A stretch of DNA of 64,000 bases from Azolla caroliniana. Taxonomy: Eukaryota > Plantae > Polypodiophyta. The stretch lies in the NCBI GenBank assembly GCA_043228905.1, contig JBHGNT010000002.1:24552001-24616000 (forward strand). Reading direction: 5' to 3'. Of this stretch, positions 32,859-46,100 are shown one piece after another. Each line of letters opens with the position of its first letter. Within the stretch, counting starts at the first letter, position 1. A program made the translations under genes and the position numbers. The notes beneath the pieces were generated by a model. That model made no database searches and was not told the DNA's origin. It worked only from the letters and a program-made list of their open reading frames with translations.

Positions 32859-35800
32859 TTATGCAGTGGCACTCTGAGGTTTCACATGTTCCAAAATTTC
32901 AGCTTCAGTTTGTGTTGGCAATGTTGCTGTCCGTTCACGAGCCAATGTCGAGGCAACCAGGTTATATATTTTTGACCCAAAGGTAGCGGGATCTTCAGGC
33001 TGAAACACACATCAGACCTCTCTATATACATGTGAACAGCATATACCTCATACACATCATATATACATGCAGTCATATTCTATATGTATTTATATTTTAG
33101 TGTATATATATACGTTTTCTCTTATTGTATTTATTCTATTCTACTCTCCATAGTTTACAAACAGAGATGTAATGAAAAACTTACAACAAAACCGCTAGAC
33201 ATCAGAGCTGTCTCATATAGGAGTTCAATTGTTTCCTTGCTTCCAGGTCGGCCAGTTTTCCGTGCATCCTGGAAGAACAATTCCTCTACAGCTTAAGATT
33301 CTATTATGAACATCAAGAAAATGGTCCTAATATATATATACATTTGAAGCAAACTAAGTGCAAAATAAATTATTTAATGCGCACATCGAGGTCTAAAATG
33401 ACTGGATGATTTGGATTGATTTCTAGCACTCTAGTAGAGTACATAAATTCTTTTAATCCTGGCGTATCTCCAAGACTCTGAGCCCTCATAATCCTGCATT
33501 GACATGCCCAGTTAGATTAGTGATCTTATGCCTCCATTAGATTTCTGTGCTAGAGGCCTAAAGTAAGTTTAAATGCAAGCACCTTTCCATGTTAGCAGAC
33601 CAACCATCCTTGCCAGATACAAGAACACATGGAGACGAGCTCAGCCGTTTTGATACTTGCACCTTCGAGATTTTGTCTCCCATTTTTTTCTTCATCCAAT
33701 TGCAAAGTAAACTGAATTCAGTTGCTAATTGCTTTTGCTTTTCATCATCACCTGACATACAACAATAGTTTGCATTCAATGTGTAGGAATGTAGGACAGG
33801 AAACACTTTACAATGAACTTTTCAACATGCAGCATAAAAAGTTGATCTAGGTTACCTAAATTAAAGGTTTCCTTGCTCACGTCAACGAACTTCTTTCCTT
33901 CATAGTACTTGAGATGTTGGGCAGTCACCTCGTCCAAGGTTTCAGTCATGAATAGAACTTCAAGATCCTTATTGTACAGTTGCTCTAGGAATGGTGCATT
34001 TCTTGCACTCTTAACCGACTCCGATGAGAAATAATAAATCGCTTTCTGGCCTGGTTTCATATTTGCCACATATTCTCTCAAGCTTATCATCTCTTCTTGG
34101 TGTTTTGATGAATAGAAGCGGAGTAAGTTGGCAAGACGTTTTTGATTGGGACCCTCTTCTTGGGAGATACCAAACTTAAGATACTTTCCGAAGTTTCTAT
34201 AGAACTTCTTGTAATCCTGAAGTCAAGGAGGAGTCACCCGTTTTAATGATTCACAGCAAAAAATAAAATAGAATTCATAGGCTTATAATAGACTACCTCT
34301 GAATTCTCTCGGTTCGCAATAGATTCAAATAAATCAAGGCATTTCTTGCCGAGCCTCTTTTTCATTAGCCTCACCTATGTCATAAATGAAAAAATCATGA
34401 GACAAATTCCATAAAGACAGAACCAGACATTGAAAATCTATTGACCAATCAGTCACATACAATGCGGCTCTCTTGGAGGAGCTCTCGTGATACATTGAGC
34501 GGAAGATCATTGGAATCCACAACACCCTTCATGAAGCTAAGGTAGAGTGGAAACTGCACACAATTACAATACTCAATCAGCATGCCCTCTTTGAGTTTTT
34601 ATTTATTGCTGGTACATTTCAAAACTACTTACCAGCTCACCATTGAAATCATCTGAAATGAAAACTCTTTTCACATAAAGTTTGATGTTTTTCATCTTTC
34701 CTGCTTCTTCTGATGCAAAAGGAGCCATGCCTGGTACATAAATTAAACTTTTGAACTCCACCTCACCCTACAAGAGACACATTTGCATGGGCAACTTTAA
34801 CTAATGCTTATCTTTTAGAATTTTTCTGGTACACCAGCATGGAGTTCATCGACACTATATAAGGTTAAGATATGTACTTCTGTATTGAAGTGTGTGTAAG
34901 CCATGGGCTCAAGATGCTCATTGTAAGTCTTCTTGTAAAATGCATGGTATTCCTCCTTGGTCACTTCCCTTGGACTACGCAACTGATGAAAGTAAAGAAA
35001 AAAATTGAATCTAAGGTATATAATAAGCATGAGTGTCACCTAGAAAAGCAGCTTAATAAAGCTTCTTACCCAAATAGGCTTCGTCTCATTTACTACATCA
35101 TATGTGTAATACTTCTCCGTTATGGTCTTTGGAGTCTGCATTAACAATAAACACTCCTGTAATCAGCAAATACAATCCAAAAGTTAAAAAACAAAGCAAA
35201 ACCCTAAATGCCAGAAGCCAAACCTTTGGTGGTTCACCCTCCTTTGTCTCTTGCACTTCGGCTTCATCTTTCACCTAGAAGAAATCAAAAAAATGAGACT
35301 CGAAAAAGTATGTTGAGTACATTAAAATTCTGTGATTGCAAGTGACAAATTTTACACCTCAACTTGTCGTGTTCTTTCTTGACCCACATAAATAGGAAAA
35401 GAGAGAAATTGTGAATAGTTCTTCACAAGTTCCTGGATTCTAGTTGCACTAGTGTATTCTTTCTTCATTGCGTCCTATAAACCAAAATAATTTTTAGAGA
35501 CAAATCATGCAATGTGATTCATAACGGAGCTACAAAAGTACAGCTACACAAAGCAGTACACCCAAAAACTCACCTTGAGATGCAAAATCACAGAGGTACC
35601 CCTTGAGACTATATACTCTGGATTTGTCTCCACTCTGACTTCAAATGAACTGCTGTCAGCAACTGCTTCCCAGACATACTGTTTGTCAGATTTAGGACTC
35701 TTCGTAGAAACTGCAACCTGAAAACAATGGCCCCAATGGACAACCAATCAGAACACCATTCATTAATTGGATTTTGGCCACATAAACTAGAACATTATGC

Positions 35801-38800
35801 ACATACTTTCGAAATTTAAATTTAGTTAATGCATTTGTTTCATCTATTGGAAGTTCAGTTGCACACTAATATCTTTATGTATAAATGGTAGCATACATGA
35901 GGATTCAGAAAACACAAAGACATCACCGATCTAGAATTTTCATACATCACAGACCTGCTGTCTTGAGATTGTAGTTACTAAATAAGGTTAAATAAGTTGA
36001 ATCAAATGACGCACTAGTGATTAGAACTACGTCACACCTTATCAGCTACCAAAAAGGCAGAGTAAAAACCAACACCAAATCTTCCGATCAAATTGTTATC
36101 TCCTCCAAGTGAATCTTTGTTTTCCTGCATAATAAATAAAAGCATGTATAAACAGATAATGCACATTGTGCACAAGGGATTTCATTTGAGACACATCCCT
36201 TGCAAAGACCAAGGTTGTATACCTTCAATGCCTTGGCAAAGTTAGCTGTTCCACTTTGTGCGATAGTACCCAGACTTGCAATTAATTCATCCTTGGTCAT
36301 ACCAATACCAGAATCTCTACAAGACAAGAACACAAAAAACATTAAGTATAATCACAACCTCAAGGTAATAATCAATTCATCAATGGTCATACCGACACCA
36401 AAATCTCTACAAAACAAGAACACAAAAGAAAACATTTGTAATCTTAACCTCAAGGCTCAGAATTTGCCTTCTCAAACCCTAATGGTGTATAACTGCTATA
36501 TACAACAGAGTTAGACTTTAGGGGCTAGGCTATAAAGTAGGAAAAACCCTTACGTGATTACAAGGATGCCTTTGTCAGTATCAGCTCGTATCTTAATGGA
36601 AAGCTCTGTTTCTGTCCCTAAAAGGGATCCATCACTAACACTAAGAAAACGAAGTTTGTCCAACGCATCATTTGCATTGCTGCAGTGTAAACATTGAAAA
36701 GTTTTTCAGATATTTGAGACCAAAATATAATAGAAAAAACTCTGTATATTCTCATTCAAAAACACAAAAAAGAGTACAGAATAGACCTGACTAACTCCCT
36801 TAAAAAGACCTCTTTGTGACTGTAAAGACTGTGAACAATGAGATCAAGCAATCTGCTAACCTGATGAGACAAAACCACGAATTGAAACAATGTTATTGCA
36901 TACATTACTGGCTATAAAATTCAGGGATAACTGGACAAAGCTTTAAAACGATATTTAACAATCTGTATTTACCATGAATTGAAAACTTACCCTTACATTT
37001 CCAATTATGAATCTTAATAGTAATTAGGTAAAGCTTTCAGAAAGGGAATAAAACCTCACAACAATACACATACCATGAGATTTAAGTAGTTGAAAATATA
37101 TCATCTATAAAAATTGTAAATCTATGAACAAAATTTCAAATTCGTAAGAAAAGCTCTAATTAGTTCAACTATCTGTAAATACCATGAATTGGAAACATAT
37201 CCTTGCATTACCAATAATGGGTAAAGCTTCCAGAAAGAGAACAAAACCTCACAACAATATTTATACCATAAGATGGAAGTTGGAAACACATCATTAACAA
37301 ATTGTGAATACACAAAAAAAGTTTCCAATTAGTAAGCAAACCTCCAAATGTTAATGCATTCATTACCGATTGTAAAAAAGTGTATACAGTTATCAATCAG
37401 AGATGAACAATTGTGAACTGTAGTAGCTGGATCCATGAATTTTAATAAAGCTCAAAAACAATCTTTGGAATTCGGAAACATATCATTGCATTACCAATTT
37501 ATGGATATATGGTTAAGTGGATAAAGTTTTCACTAGGTGAGAAAGCTACAGAACACAATGCATACACACACCTGTCATTGCATCCATCAACAATTGTAAA
37601 ACGTTGATATGGTTTTCAATAATAGAAGAAACAGTAAAACAGTGTTAGTGCATTTACATACCTCTGCCTGGTAGGAATGAGTCTCTCCAGCTGGAGCGGA
37701 AGCTTCCTTTTGATTAGCTGTTGGAGGAGATGCATCAGGAGTTGCATTTTGAGCTGCAGTAGTTGCCTCACCTCTTGCACCCCAAACATTTATTGAACTA
37801 CAAAGGTACAAAGGCCTCTTGGGAATGGCAACCCTCGATGCTTTTGTATAGAAACATCTTGCAGGGACGGACGACCTTGCACATGTCTAGCAGACAAAAA
37901 AACAGAAACTTACGAATTATACATGTCTCTCAATAATTCCATTCCTCAAGAAGATGCAAACCCGTAAATAATTTTTCTTGTATGTTTCCATAGACCAGAA
38001 GTCTAGACGCTTTAGAAAAGAAACGTGACATATTTAGAAGATATTTTGTAGAGCTCTGTGCAAGCATTTACAGAGAAATTAGTCTTTCCAGGTGATGCAT
38101 ATCCAACATATCTCTATATAGCAATGCAAATTTGCAAGATGATTTCAGTGTCCAACCCTTATATCAAGATAAATATTTCAAATATGAATCGAAATCTCCA
38201 AATTTCCATGATGAACACAAGGCAAATCCGACAAATCTCTATAAACATGCAAACTTTCAAGACAATTCAAATGTCCAAATCTTATACCAAAATGTTAAGT
38301 AAAAGATGAATCGAAACATCCATTTTTAATAGAAAATTGCAATTTTTCCAAAATAAGCAAACGGTATACACAACTTTGCTCTATAGAGCGTTGTATAGCA
38401 CCGAGCTTATCAGCTACACTTTAGTACCCTTAAATTCGTCATTCCACATTCACTAAATCCCTAAACCAGTGCATATTTTCGAAGCTGAAACAAACGCATA
38501 TAAATAGCTAGTATGCAGAATTCTACATAAACCAGAAGTCATTAGGAAAGACCAAACTTAATCGAATTCACCCCCATTACCAGAAATGTAATCTTTAACC
38601 CTAAAACATAAAGTACACCCCTAAACTTAAACTTCATCCCTGAGAAGATTGAACCCCAAGCGTAAGACCATTGACCTTGAGCCCTACGTCATTTGATTTT
38701 CAACCCTAAAACCATGGATCATCAACCTTCAAATCTAGAACCAAAACATGAAACCCTGACCCATGGACCCGTATCCTCCTCCAACCCTAGAGACCGCATG

Positions 38801-38976
38801 ACGAAAGCACCCCCCACCAAAATAAAAAACAAAATAAAACTGCAAATTAGGGTTACGCAGAGAGGAGGTACAGAGGTACAACATACATTGGAAGGAGGAG
38901 CGAGGGAGAAGAAATCTTGTACGAGGGGTCGAAGCGTGGTGGACGCAGATCGAAGGGAGCGACGAGCAGTGGCCAT
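32859..38976 (-). CDS. HSP90: Organellar HSP90 (HSP90.5/HSP90.6 group), about 19 exons, divergent
   Basis: Arg/Ser-rich presequence [12 protein letters not shown]; [92 protein letters not shown]; stop at 32859; no MEEVD or KDEL. Confidence 0.93.
36281..36456 (-). repeat. Tandem duplication of an HSP90 splice acceptor and exon start
   Basis: 36281-36366 (true: ag|[13 protein letters not shown]) and 36370-36456 (copy: ag|[13 protein letters not shown]). Confidence 0.85.
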
Positions 38977-41503
38977 TGTCGGGCCCGATCGGTGGGAGAA
39001 ACAGAGCACCTCGCTAAAACCCTAGATAAACCCTGCCACACTCTGGTGCAACACAATACTATATAGGAGTTCTGCGAAGCTAGGGTTTTCAATTTTGTTG
39101 TCCAAATATTTATCGTCTATGACATACATATACTGTATACATATGTATATGTATGTATACATACATGTACATATATATAAAATATATAATATATGTATGT
39201 ATATAAATTTATAATATATATTCGGCTCAGTCTCGAGGGGCGCTTCTCTTTGTATTCATTTTTTTACCCCGATTTGGACAGCCCCCGCCCCATCGGCCGG
39301 CCATTACTCGTCCGCGCCATCCTTCCTAGATTAGTTCCTGGTGGGCTTCGAAAACCGGTCATTTACCCGTCAATGTATCCCGAATAAACACGTGCTTTGT
39401 CTGCAAATGGCAAGCGGACGATAATGGACTTGGGTGCCACTTTATGTCGACAAATGCCCTGAATAGAGAGATGCCTCCGAGTTAAGGATGGCCCGCATCT
39501 TCAAAGCCGCCCTTTATTTGCCAGAATATTCAGTATAGATGCATGGAAGTGCAAAGCTAGACTTCTGTCTATTGTGCCATCTCTCAATCCTATGCCTATG
39601 AATCGAATTGGCCCATTCAATGTATGTTTATTCTGCTTTTTATGAAATTTTTGTGTTCCTTCTTGGGTGGTGGATGTGGAAATAATGAAGACATTGTTCT
39701 AACAAAGAGTGGGATATATGTGGAGTTGAGATTTGTCTTGCATTGGTTTTGTCTTGGCAAATGTAACCTAGTCAAGGGTTATCAAAGCAAGGGTTCTTTC
39801 TATCCATCCATTATGTTTTAATGATAATGTTTTGCAGTTATGTGATTGTCTGCATGGAAGCAAATTTGAACCATATTGATAACAACATCTTGAATATGTA
39901 TAGAGGTGGAAGAAAGTCTATACTTATCAATTATCATGAAGAGATATACGTGAGTGAGGCATAGTCCTTATTAATTGTGATATCCTCTTTATAGATCTTG
40001 TTCCTTTTTTATAACAATCGAGTCTCTTGCTTGGTTATAACTTATGAGTATGAAAGTCTAGTGGACACTTTCAAACTGCAAGCTTTATATGATTTACTAA
40101 TATTGGGACTAAAGGTATGATGAAATTCTAGATGTTTCTAAAGAAAATGTTCTGATGCCATCAAATTTCCAAATAGCTTTCACATTTGATAGAGAAAAAT
40201 GTTTTATTTGATAACGTTAGCTTACATACAAGTATATTATTTACCAATGCTAAAATATATAGTGCAAAAACATTTAAAAGCTTATAGAACTCCCATGGTC
40301 CTACTTCTAAAGCAAATATTGTTTGTTCTTAATCAGTGTCTCAATAGTCACAAGGTAGAAAGCAATACTCTTGGTTGATCGTACATTTTACAACACCGAA
40401 GTTATTTGATTACCAATAAATAAACTATAAGCTCTCGTGGAAGATAAAGCGGACAGATAGCATGAAATGCAAAGAAACAACATTTAGAATATCCTAAAAG
40501 AGGCTTTCCTAGAAAACATATTATTAAGATTAATTCCCAATAGTAAGCCATTAAGCTATTAATACAAGAAAGTAAATAATTTTATCAATAAAGATATGGC
40601 AATTGCCTCTGGTTGTACAAAATGATTGTATTTATTCGTGGGGTTGAAACCAAGCATTTATCCACATGGATTGTCGATGCTTCTAAGGTGGAGCTTCTGA
40701 TCACTGTATGTACATGTTGTTAGGGCTAGGAAACCAAATTGAATGGTCAAGTGTATTTAAGAAAGAGAAACCTTGCATAACTAAAGGTAGATCTAAGTAA
40801 TTTGCTTAAAGCAAAACGGAAGCAATTCAATTACCTAATCCAAATTTATTATTATTCATTTTTTTTTTTGGGGGGGGGGAGGGGGTGGAATATGTCATGG
40901 TGACACATTGTAGATTTCTTCATTGTCTCATTGACATAATGAATAAAGTATTGTTCACAACGATAACTGGAAAATGTGGTCTCTGACGGTCCAAGCATGG
41001 GTGCAGTGTTCATTTGGTGTAACTCTTGGTCAGAAAAGACCATAATTGGACTATTCGCCATGATCTGGATCTTTCATGTCAATGCAAGTTTCCGCAAAAA
41101 AATTGTTGATGTTGTGGCATGCTTGTGTCTTCCAACATTAAAGTTATATTTTCAAGTCCCACGCAATGGGTTTGATTTGCAATACAACAAATGAAGAGTG
41201 AAATGTTTCGCTTCGAATGCAATAATAACAAAAATGCCATGGTAACGCAATATAATTGTTTTCACCTAAAACAAAATAAGTTTAAACAATAATATTGCCT
41301 TTCGAAAGACAATAATTATAAAATCCTAAAGTAACCCAAGTTAGACATTTCAACCCCCTCTCAAAACCAAAAACATGACATCTATATTGCTTCTCACCAC
41401 AATACAATATCTTCGTGGTAGTGCCAGCCGACATATCACAATAGCTCATTTTTTAGCCCATACTAACTTGCCTCACCCTGACAAAAGTCGTGTCTCCTAG
41501 GTT

Positions 41504-41680
41504 GAGACGCATCAAGCATGTCGTGTTGCCGGACACAAGGAGCCACATTTCTTAACCAAAGACAAATCGCCACGTGTTGAGCGCCACAAGAAAACATTGA
41601 GATGTCCATGCGAATGATGACATGTCAACACCCTCGTGACAGGTGCGGACACGTCAGCCATTGACTCAAGAATATTAGAT

Positions 41681-41740
<60 letters not shown>
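41504..41740 (+). repeat. Diverged upstream copy of the FKBP19 proximal promoter segment
   Basis: Aligns with 42923-43131 from gagacgcatcaagc through ggacacgtcagc..agataaggc and the (GA)n tract. Confidence 0.88.
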
Positions 41741-41746
<6 letters not shown>

Positions 41747-42692
41747 TTGAAATCTCAATTCAATTGGGGATTGTACATTTGGAAGACGTGGTTGATAACG
41801 AATCGCAAAGGTTGTCAAAATTTGAAGATGCCAAGCGATGGTTATGTATTCCCCCAAATTATGGATTTATTTGGGAGAAATTACAAGATATACCATTGTT
41901 GCAAGGATATTTGCCATTGAAAACAATTTTTGCACCTTGGGTGGATTGGCGGTTACAAGATGGTACATGCTTGTTACAGGTCACTACAAATATATCGTAT
42001 CATCATGCGATGGCATCATTATCTTGGCAATCTCCGAATGCAACGAAGTTGTGGAATGTATTAAGTCAGATGCAAGGTGGTGGAAAGTATTGCAACGTAG
42101 TTGGCATTCCCATCTACCATCTTGTGCAAAGGTATTCATATGGAGAGTCATGATTGGTGGGCTCCCATTAGGTTCGGCCTTAAAGAGACGAGGACTAGGG
42201 ACCGTCACTTGTTTCTTTTGCACCGTCCCATTGGAGGATAACTGTACACATGGGTTCATTAAATGTCCTATAGCGTGTACCACTTGGAAGTACTTATCCG
42301 ACATTTGGCAAGTTTTAACCTATTGTTGTTTGAGACCTCAACAATGGGTTTTTTCTCAATATGTTCAAAATGGTTCAAATGATGAGATGGAGATAATGTT
42401 CTGATTTTTACGTTCTTGGGGTCTACAACACAATTGGAATATGTGTAATGCTTTCATGCTTGATAATAGACATGGGGTGAAAGCCTATATAAAGAAGCTT
42501 AAAGGTGTTCTCATGTGGAATTTTTGGATGTGAGAGCATGTGGGGATCATTTCCTCAAATGCATATTCAGTTTTTTTAATAGCATTACAAAACATCCCTC
42601 TCCCTACATAGGCATATGATAGGTAGAGGAGACTAAGAAGTGTTGTAACTAAGTGGATTTTACATACAATTAATATAATTGTGTTCTTTTAC

Positions 42693-42694
<2 letters not shown>
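41741..42694 (+). mobile_element. 5'-truncated, frameshifted L1-clade LINE (zf-RVT C-terminus and 3'UTR) flanked by (GA)n
   Basis: W...LP..AKVFIWR....GLP......RR......CFFC....E...H.FIKCP.A...W zinc-binding motif in ORF 41838-42404. Confidence 0.85.
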
Positions 42695-42744
<50 letters not shown>

Positions 42745-43188
42745 GCAACACCTTAGAAGGTTGTCCTTGCCACATCGCTACCTTTGAAGTAGTTTTGATA
42801 GCAAGGTTTTTTTGTATTATCATGTTGTTTTAATATAAACATACATTTACGAAAAAAAGAAGAGAGAGAGAGAGAGAGACGTGTCAATGGCTCACCTGGA
42901 CAAAAGCCGTGGCTCATGGGCCGAGACGCATCAAGCGTGTCGTGTTGTCGGACACAAGGAGCCACATTTCTCATTAACTAGAGACCACTTGAGACGTGTT
43001 GAGCGCCACAGGAGAACATCGAGAACGTCCATGCGAATGATGACGTGTCAGCACCCTAATGGCTGGCTCGGACACGTCAGCAATTCACTCGAGAAAATCA
43101 GATAAGGCGGGGAGAGAGAGAGAGAGAGAGAGGCCATCGTTTCACTGTGTCTGAGTGAGTGTCTTGGGAAAGTGCATTGTGCAAGGGG

Positions 43189-46100
43189 ATGATGGATTTG
43201 CGAGCACCAGGCTATGGCGCTCTTCTGCTTCCTCGATTCACCGAGGTAATGCTAATCCTTGGAATAGTATTAAGCTTATTGTATCTTGGATCGAAGAGGA
43301 ACCATTACCTCATCCATTTCTTAGGGTGTAGAAAATTTCGTTGATGGTTTGTCCCAGAAAGATCATTCCGTCCACATGGAACTAATCTGAATCTAGAGTT
43401 TAGAGAGGCTCTGGGCATTGAACTCATAAAAATTTCACCGATAAATCATCAAGGTGTGTGTAAATAATATGCATTTCAGCATTTTAAAAGCAGTTCTTCA
43501 TAGGTATTTCACAGAAATATCATTTGGTATGGAAGAAATCTTCATTCTAGGGTTTAGAGAACATTTTTTAAAGCTTCATTTTATGGACCTACATGGAACT
43601 AATTTGCATTTTAGGGTTCAGGGAGCATTCTCCAATGGTGAAATACAAGGATCATTGAGGAATTTGGAACTAGTTTCTATATAGAGTTTATAAAGAAGGC
43701 TTAAAAAGAATGTCACCTTAAGATCAGTATATTATAAGGAACTAATGCATTCTAGACTTTAGAACATATTTCTTGAAAGATGTCTCACTGAAAAATCATT
43801 TAAGTTGTCTGGAACTAACCTCGTTCAGGTTTAAAAAAGCATTTTTTCAGAACTATGTCTCTGAAAATCATTCTGGCATTCATGAAGCATTTCTCCAAAT
43901 TTTTGTTTATTAAGCTAAATGGAATGAATCTGCACTCTAGGGTTTAGAAAGCATTTTATAAATGTGTGATTCAAAGATAATCGAGGTAAATGCATAGTAT
44001 TTCTCGAAGACATATTTCTACACTTTGCCTATGGTTTGAACTTTGCATGCATAATACTTAATAATAATGTTTTGCCACTCACCGTTGTTTCTCCATATTT
44101 TCTGGCAGAAGCTAATGTATAATGGTGAAAGACCACTTTCTCGGAAAATATTGATAGTCTCTTCATGTAGAGGCAATTCTGAAGGCTCACCCCTTTGTAC
44201 AGGTGATGCATTGCCTAAGACTCCTGTAACTTCCTTTGCAAAGAGCTGACGTTATTGTGCTCTGTTCATGTATGCGATTGAAGAATCAATAAAGAGAAAG
44301 ATCATTAAGGATTAGCGTTTAGCTCAATTGAAAAGTATCATACGAGTCGTCTTTAGATTAAAGTTTCCATCCAGATATCTTCCTCTGTCTAATTTCGCAG
44401 ATAAGAAGGAGCCATTTTAGGTATGCCGTAATCTTCCATACGAGTATCATAATCTTTGAAACACAAGAACCATGGAGATTGAGGAAATTTTCATTGATGA
44501 TGATTGGTAATCAATAACGATGGAGCTTAATTGGAAAGCTGAAGTAGAGTCTAGACCATCAAATGTGCATTATTGTATTGTACAATGTATTTGGTGCATG
44601 CTCTCAGAACATGAGAAAATTATGGTCTATTAGCCAAATGTTTACCTGTCCATGTTTCATGTTGCAGAGGAAAGCGATCTGTCATTTCAAAATTTAAAGC
44701 GACGAGACATCTTGTCGATTCCAACAACTGTCTTGGCTGCATCATTTTGGAAGGATGGTAAAGCAGCGGCATCAGAATTTGCCGACAGTATGTCTCTCAG
44801 CATTTCTTTGAATGAGGTCAATAAAATGCAGTTGTTCTGACACCTGTAACTTGAAGAGTTTCTTATGTTGCCAGGGATGTCTATAATTTCTTTGTGAATC
44901 CAGTGCCTGCATTAAGAGGGAAGGATTATGGAAAAACTAGAATGAGTTATGCAGATTATACAATTACACAGTCGGGATTACAGTACAAGGTTTGAAAATA
45001 AATGCCACTTTTATCTATGTATATCTGCATTTTGTTGCTTTATGGCATGCATACTGTATATGTTTGTATATCATACACATTGGCAGTTCAGATTAATGAT
45101 GTTTGAGATGTGAGTTTATCCTCAATATATATTCCAGAGACATGACAAATAGCCAAGTGCTCAGATTTCGCTTCAATGAAAACTGAAACAAGCACCAGAA
45201 GCAGTTTTAACATAGAATGCATGAATGAATTCCTCTTTGTATTTTAATGATGTTTACTTTGTTTCTCTATCATATATGTGTATAAAACTATAATGCAATA
45301 CCAATACTGCTATCATATCTCACTCTCTGGGAAGAGATGTAGATATATGTTTGAAAAATTGCAAAGACAAACTAGCTATGGTACTAGTTTACATATTGAA
45401 CATTTCATTCATCTCATTAACAAAACCATATATACTAGTAAACGACACAAATTTGGGTATACATGTAAAAATGGAAACACGATAAATAGCCAAGTGAAAA
45501 AAAAGTTAAATCTTGATTTTTCCTGCCAGTCTCATTTAAAACTGTTTTTTGGATGTTTTGCATAGGACTTACGGAGAGGAACAGGTTCCACGCCAAAAGT
45601 TGGTGAAACTGTTGTTGTAAGTTCATATTATTGAATTACCTGTTGGTTGACGAGATTTCACATCAGTTTGTTCTCTTGTACTTATTGTCGTAGTGTCAAA
45701 TTCATAATGCTGTAGAAGTTATGTCCAGGTGGATTGGGATGGCTATACAATTGGTTACTATGGGCGGATTTTTGAGGCTAGAAATAAAGCCAAGGGTGGA
45801 TCTTTTGAGGTTGGTAGATGCATAAAATTCAAACTAAGATTTTGAATGTTGGGTACCTTTTTTGACTGTAACAAGCAGAAAACATGCAAGGGATTTGGCG
45901 GAACTGAGAAAATACCATGCTTAAAGATCTTTAAATGCTGCTTTATAAATGAAATTTTATGTTTGTTCATTTTTGGAAGGCAAGTCTCTTAAGGGTTAGA
46001 TTTGTACTGCTCCTTTACAACTCAGACTAATAATGGCCGTACAGTTTCGTAACACTAATGTACCAGGGAATCCTTTCTGTTTTCCCTATTGTCGTCTTTG

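Noticed and set aside
39118-39222. Self-complementary TA/CA-rich stretch upstream of HSP90 as a MIRNA hairpin
   Set aside because: Low-complexity alternating purine-pyrimidine sequence that self-pairs trivially
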